From assembly GCA_963804955.1 (NCBI GenBank), contig CAWDSQ010000025.1:11291-75290 (forward strand): a stretch of 64,000 nucleotides of DNA, given 5' to 3'. The position numbers and the translations under genes are program-made. Below, in pieces: positions 61,584-64,000 of the stretch; the first letter of the stretch is position 1; each line of letters starts with the position of its first letter. The stretch comes from an uncultured delta proteobacterium (GTDB lineage Bacteria; Desulfobacterota; WTBG01; CAIYCZ01; CAIRTM01). The notes under the pieces were generated by a model. It was not told where the DNA came from and did not search any database. It was given only the letters and a program-made list of their open reading frames with translations.

Positions 61584-62009
61584 TTAACAGTCAAAGACTT
61601 CCTGCTTGTGGCTGGCGAAGTCAAGATAGATGATTTTTTTCGGCACCACTTTTATAAGGACATAGTTGGGATCAGTGGGGCCCTGCTTCCAGAAAGCAGT
61701 CCATTTTTCTTTCCACTTTTCAGCCCTGATCGTATCTGAAGTCACGACTTCAGCTTCTCCGAGAGCATTGATGCTGCTATGGTCGGCAGGGCGATACACA
61801 AAAACGCTGGCCTTGCCGTTCTTCTTCACCTCGGCAACTTTGTTGGAGCCGGCGCCGGTTGCAAACCAGAAAACCATGTCATCGCCCAGGGGCATATTTT
61901 CCATCATGCGCCCCTTGGGGCAGCCATTTTCATCAATGGTGATGAGGTTTGAATAGTCATAGGTTTTAAAAAACTGCTGAATTTTGTGTTTAAGTTCATC
62001 CTGAGACAT
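61584..62009 (-). CDS. Pyridoxamine 5'-phosphate oxidase-like / general stress protein 26-like
   Basis: 'LITIDENGCPKGRMMENMPLGDDMVFWFATGAGSNKVAEVKKNGKASVFV'. Confidence 0.6.
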   Translation of the reverse strand: MSQDELKHKIQQFFKTYDYSNLITIDENGCPKGRMMENMPLGDDMVFWFATGAGSNKVAEVKKNGKASVFVYRPADHSSINALGEAEVVTSDTIRAEKWKEKWTAFWKQGPTDPNYVLIKVVPKKIIYLDFASHKQEVFDC

Positions 62010-62145
62010 ATGCATCCTCCTGTTCAGTAACCGGTTTAAATTTGTTTAGCTTTATACTATACCACAGTATGCCCGAAACGGGCAAGCTGTAAAGGGCTTA
62101 TGCCTCCACTGGCTTTAAAAGCTCATAAAATAACTTCTGCCATAT

Positions 62146-62208
62146 CCGTTCGCCCTGAGCTTGTCGAAGGGCAGCCATTCATGGTTCGAGCAAGTTCACT
62201 ACGAACGG
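62146..62208. repeat. Palindromic repeat 'ccgttcgccctgagcttgtcgaagggc...ttcatggttcgagcaagttcactacgaacgg'
   Basis: It has terminal inverted repeats ccgttcg/cgaacgg. It overlaps the last codons of the DAHP synthase ORF. Confidence 0.6.
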
Positions 62209-63245
62209 CTCATTGTTATGAGTAATTTTTTACGGGCGCTCAGGTGCCCGATGCGGGCAAGCATCCGCACCTGGCTCATCAGATCCTCAAACTGGTCGGG
62301 ATAGAGCGACTGCGGGCCGTCTGAAAGAGCATGCTTCGGGTCATGGTGCACCTCTATCATAAGCCCGTCAGCACCTACGGCAACGGCAGCCCGCGACAGC
62401 GGTATGACCTGATCGCGGCGGCCGGCCGCATGACTCGGATCGGCTATAATGGGCAGATGGCTCAGCAGTTTCACGGCAGGTATGGCGCTCAGGTCAAGCG
62501 TGTTGCGCGAGTGATCCGCAAATGTGCGCACACCCCGCTCGCACAGGATGATGCGGTGGTTGCCCTGGCACATGATATGCTCGGCGGCCATGAGAAACTC
62601 GTCGATCGTGGCAGCCATACCACGCTTCAAAAGGATAGGCTTTGAGCTTTTGCCTGCCCGCTTGAGAAGGCTGAAGTTCTGCATATTGCGCGCCCCGATC
62701 TGTATGATGTCTGCCACTGCCTCGACCCGCCCGAGCACATCATGATCAACGGCCTCGGTCACAATGGCAAGGCCGGTGCGCTTGCGCACCTCGGCAAGGA
62801 TCTCAAGCCCCTTATCCTCCAGACCCTGAAAGCTGTAGGGCGATGTGCGCGGCTTAAAAGCGCCGCCGCGGAAAATCGTGGCCCCCGCCTTTTTGACGGC
62901 CTCGGCAATGATGAGACACTGTTCAAGGCTCTCTACGGCGCAGGGGCCGGCCATCACTGCTATGTCGCCGCCGCCGATCTTCTGGTTCCCCACCGTAACC
63001 ACCGTATTTTCAGGCTTCATCTCGCGGCTCACAAGCTTGAAGGGCTTGGAAACCCGTATGGCGTCCTTCACGCCGTCAAGGGCTATAAAATTACCCGGAT
63101 CGACGGGCCCGGCATTGCCAAGGATACCGATGGCGGTGCGCTGCGATCCGGGCATGGGCGCCGGGGTGAAGCCGAGTTCTTTGATGGTACGTACAACCGC
63201 GTCTATCTGCGCCTGCGTGGCGTTTTGTTCCATTACTATAAGCAT
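62199..63245 (-). CDS. 3-deoxy-7-phosphoheptulose (DAHP) synthase, type I-beta with an N-terminal regulatory domain
   Basis: 'MAGPCAVES', 'FRGGAFKPRTSPYSFQG', 'IGARNMQN', 'LLKRG' and 'LCERG'. The last ~5 codons derive from an intergenic repeat, so the 3' end is uncertain. Confidence 0.85.
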   Translation of the reverse strand: MLIVMEQNATQAQIDAVVRTIKELGFTPAPMPGSQRTAIGILGNAGPVDPGNFIALDGVKDAIRVSKPFKLVSREMKPENTVVTVGNQKIGGGDIAVMAGPCAVESLEQCLIIAEAVKKAGATIFRGGAFKPRTSPYSFQGLEDKGLEILAEVRKRTGLAIVTEAVDHDVLGRVEAVADIIQIGARNMQNFSLLKRAGKSSKPILLKRGMAATIDEFLMAAEHIMCQGNHRIILCERGVRTFADHSRNTLDLSAIPAVKLLSHLPIIADPSHAAGRRDQVIPLSRAAVAVGADGLMIEVHHDPKHALSDGPQSLYPDQFEDLMSQVRMLARIGHLSARKKLLITMSRS

Positions 63246-63350
63246 ACTGTCTACTCCACAAGCATGGTTGCGGGCATGCGCCCTGTATGATTAAAAAATA
63301 GTACCATGAGACGCTGCAATCTGCAAAAAAATATATCTGCCTGCTCCTGC

Positions 63351-63680
63351 CAGAAAACAGAAGCCGGAATCCAGAAGTCAGAAGCAGGAAAAAAGACAGT
63401 AGAAGCGTTTCAGTATATGAAATTGTCTAGCGCATGTAACGAAATCTTGTAACCGTACATCAAAAAACAGTTGAGTGCGATAGCTGTATGACTTCATTTC
63501 TGGTCATTCCCGCTTGACGGGAATCCCTTTTGGTGTGCTGAAAAATGATTCCGGGCAAGCCATGACAAAAGTCTGTGTTGCTCGCCAACATATAAATGTT
63601 GGTTATTGTAATTTGTTACATGCTCTAAAAAACAAACGCCTTGAATCTCCTGTGTCTTCTATTCTGGATTCTGACTACCG
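63351..63680. repeat. Composite R2-type element
   Basis: The left arm is 'cagaaaacagaagccggaatccagaagtcagaagcagg' and the right arm 'cctgtgtcttctattctggattctgac' (reverse complement of 52699-52725). It contains the hairpin 'attcccgcttgacgggaat'. Confidence 0.7.
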
Positions 63681-63724
63681 GTCCTGTGCAACTTAATTTT
63701 AAAGCCCTCTTAAAAAGTCTCGGT

Positions 63725-63965
63725 ACGGGTCATTGCGGGGAGCCCTTCGGCACAGCTCAGGATAAACTCCGCGACGCGGCAATCGCGTTTTTTCGAAGCA
63801 CGTATACAGGTAGAGATTGCTTCACTTCGTTCGCAATGACAGTGCGTGGCTGATTTTACAGCATAGTGCTTTGTCATTGCGCATTACTGAAAAATGTCAT
63901 TGCGAGGCCGTAGGCCGCGGCAATCTCAATAAGGCAGTTTGCTTCACGTCGTTCGCAATGGCAGG
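63725..63965. repeat. Cluster of 'gtcattgcg' / 'gcttcacNtcgttcgcaatg' repeat units
   Basis: 'ttgcttcacttcgttcgcaatgac' (63817-63840) and 'ttgcttcacgtcgttcgcaatggc' (63939-63962), plus three 'gtcattgcg' units. Confidence 0.7.
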
Positions 63966-64000
63966 TGCTTTTACCCCTTTATACCTTCATGAGGCCTTCT

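Overview
GC-rich bacterial chromosome segment with short, AT-rich, repeat-filled spacers. Gene content and synteny suggest a Desulfobacterota/deltaproteobacterial anaerobe; this is inference, since no database search was possible. Evidence for that: multihaem cytochrome c, selC-selA, fdhE, NuoEFG-like Fe-S modules, and the cluster fabH..fabF-rpiB-cdd-nrdR-ribD...ribE-ribBA-ribH-nusB.

Housekeeping blocks:
- gap-pgk-tpiA-secG-tRNA-Leu
- tRNA-Sec plus selA
- two hsp20 genes divergent from htpG
- tex
- aroE and an aroK-thiF fusion
- the rib/nusB operon
- yceD-rpmF-fabH-ACAD-fabG-acpP-fabF-rpiB
- DAHP synthase
- an ECF sigma/anti-sigma cluster

Accessory or unusual content:
1. A 6.3-kb minus-strand operon (3949-10262). 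It runs ferredoxin, PorD-like ferredoxin, PorB-like protein without a recognisable TPP motif, tandem PCP-reductase-like domains fused to NuoE, NuoF-like, NuoG-like plus ferredoxin, and a GGR/FixC-like FAD oxidoreductase. This is my best candidate for an uncharacterised NADH/ferredoxin-coupled (possibly bifurcating) reductase.
2. A 4.3-kb island between tRNA-Sec and tRNA-Leu. It carries two modular secreted proteins that share 5' and 3' modules around different cores.
3. A ~4.3-kb insertion splitting ribD from ribE.
4. An MNT/HepT toxin-antitoxin pair.
5. A hybrid histidine kinase with a canonical PilZ domain.
6. Several families of nested palindromic intergenic repeats.

Major caveat: about 25 frame breaks interrupt otherwise clear genes, including gap, pgk, tpiA, fabH and ribD. 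Neighbouring fragments always lie in different frames, or in the same frame separated by a TAA. I therefore read most breaks as indel sequencing or assembly errors, not real pseudogenes or UGA-Sec codons. Three features absent from the ORF track were found by hand: a partial multihaem cytochrome at the left edge, a 56-aa ferredoxin, and the MNT antitoxin, plus two tRNAs. All domain calls rest on motifs recognised by eye.
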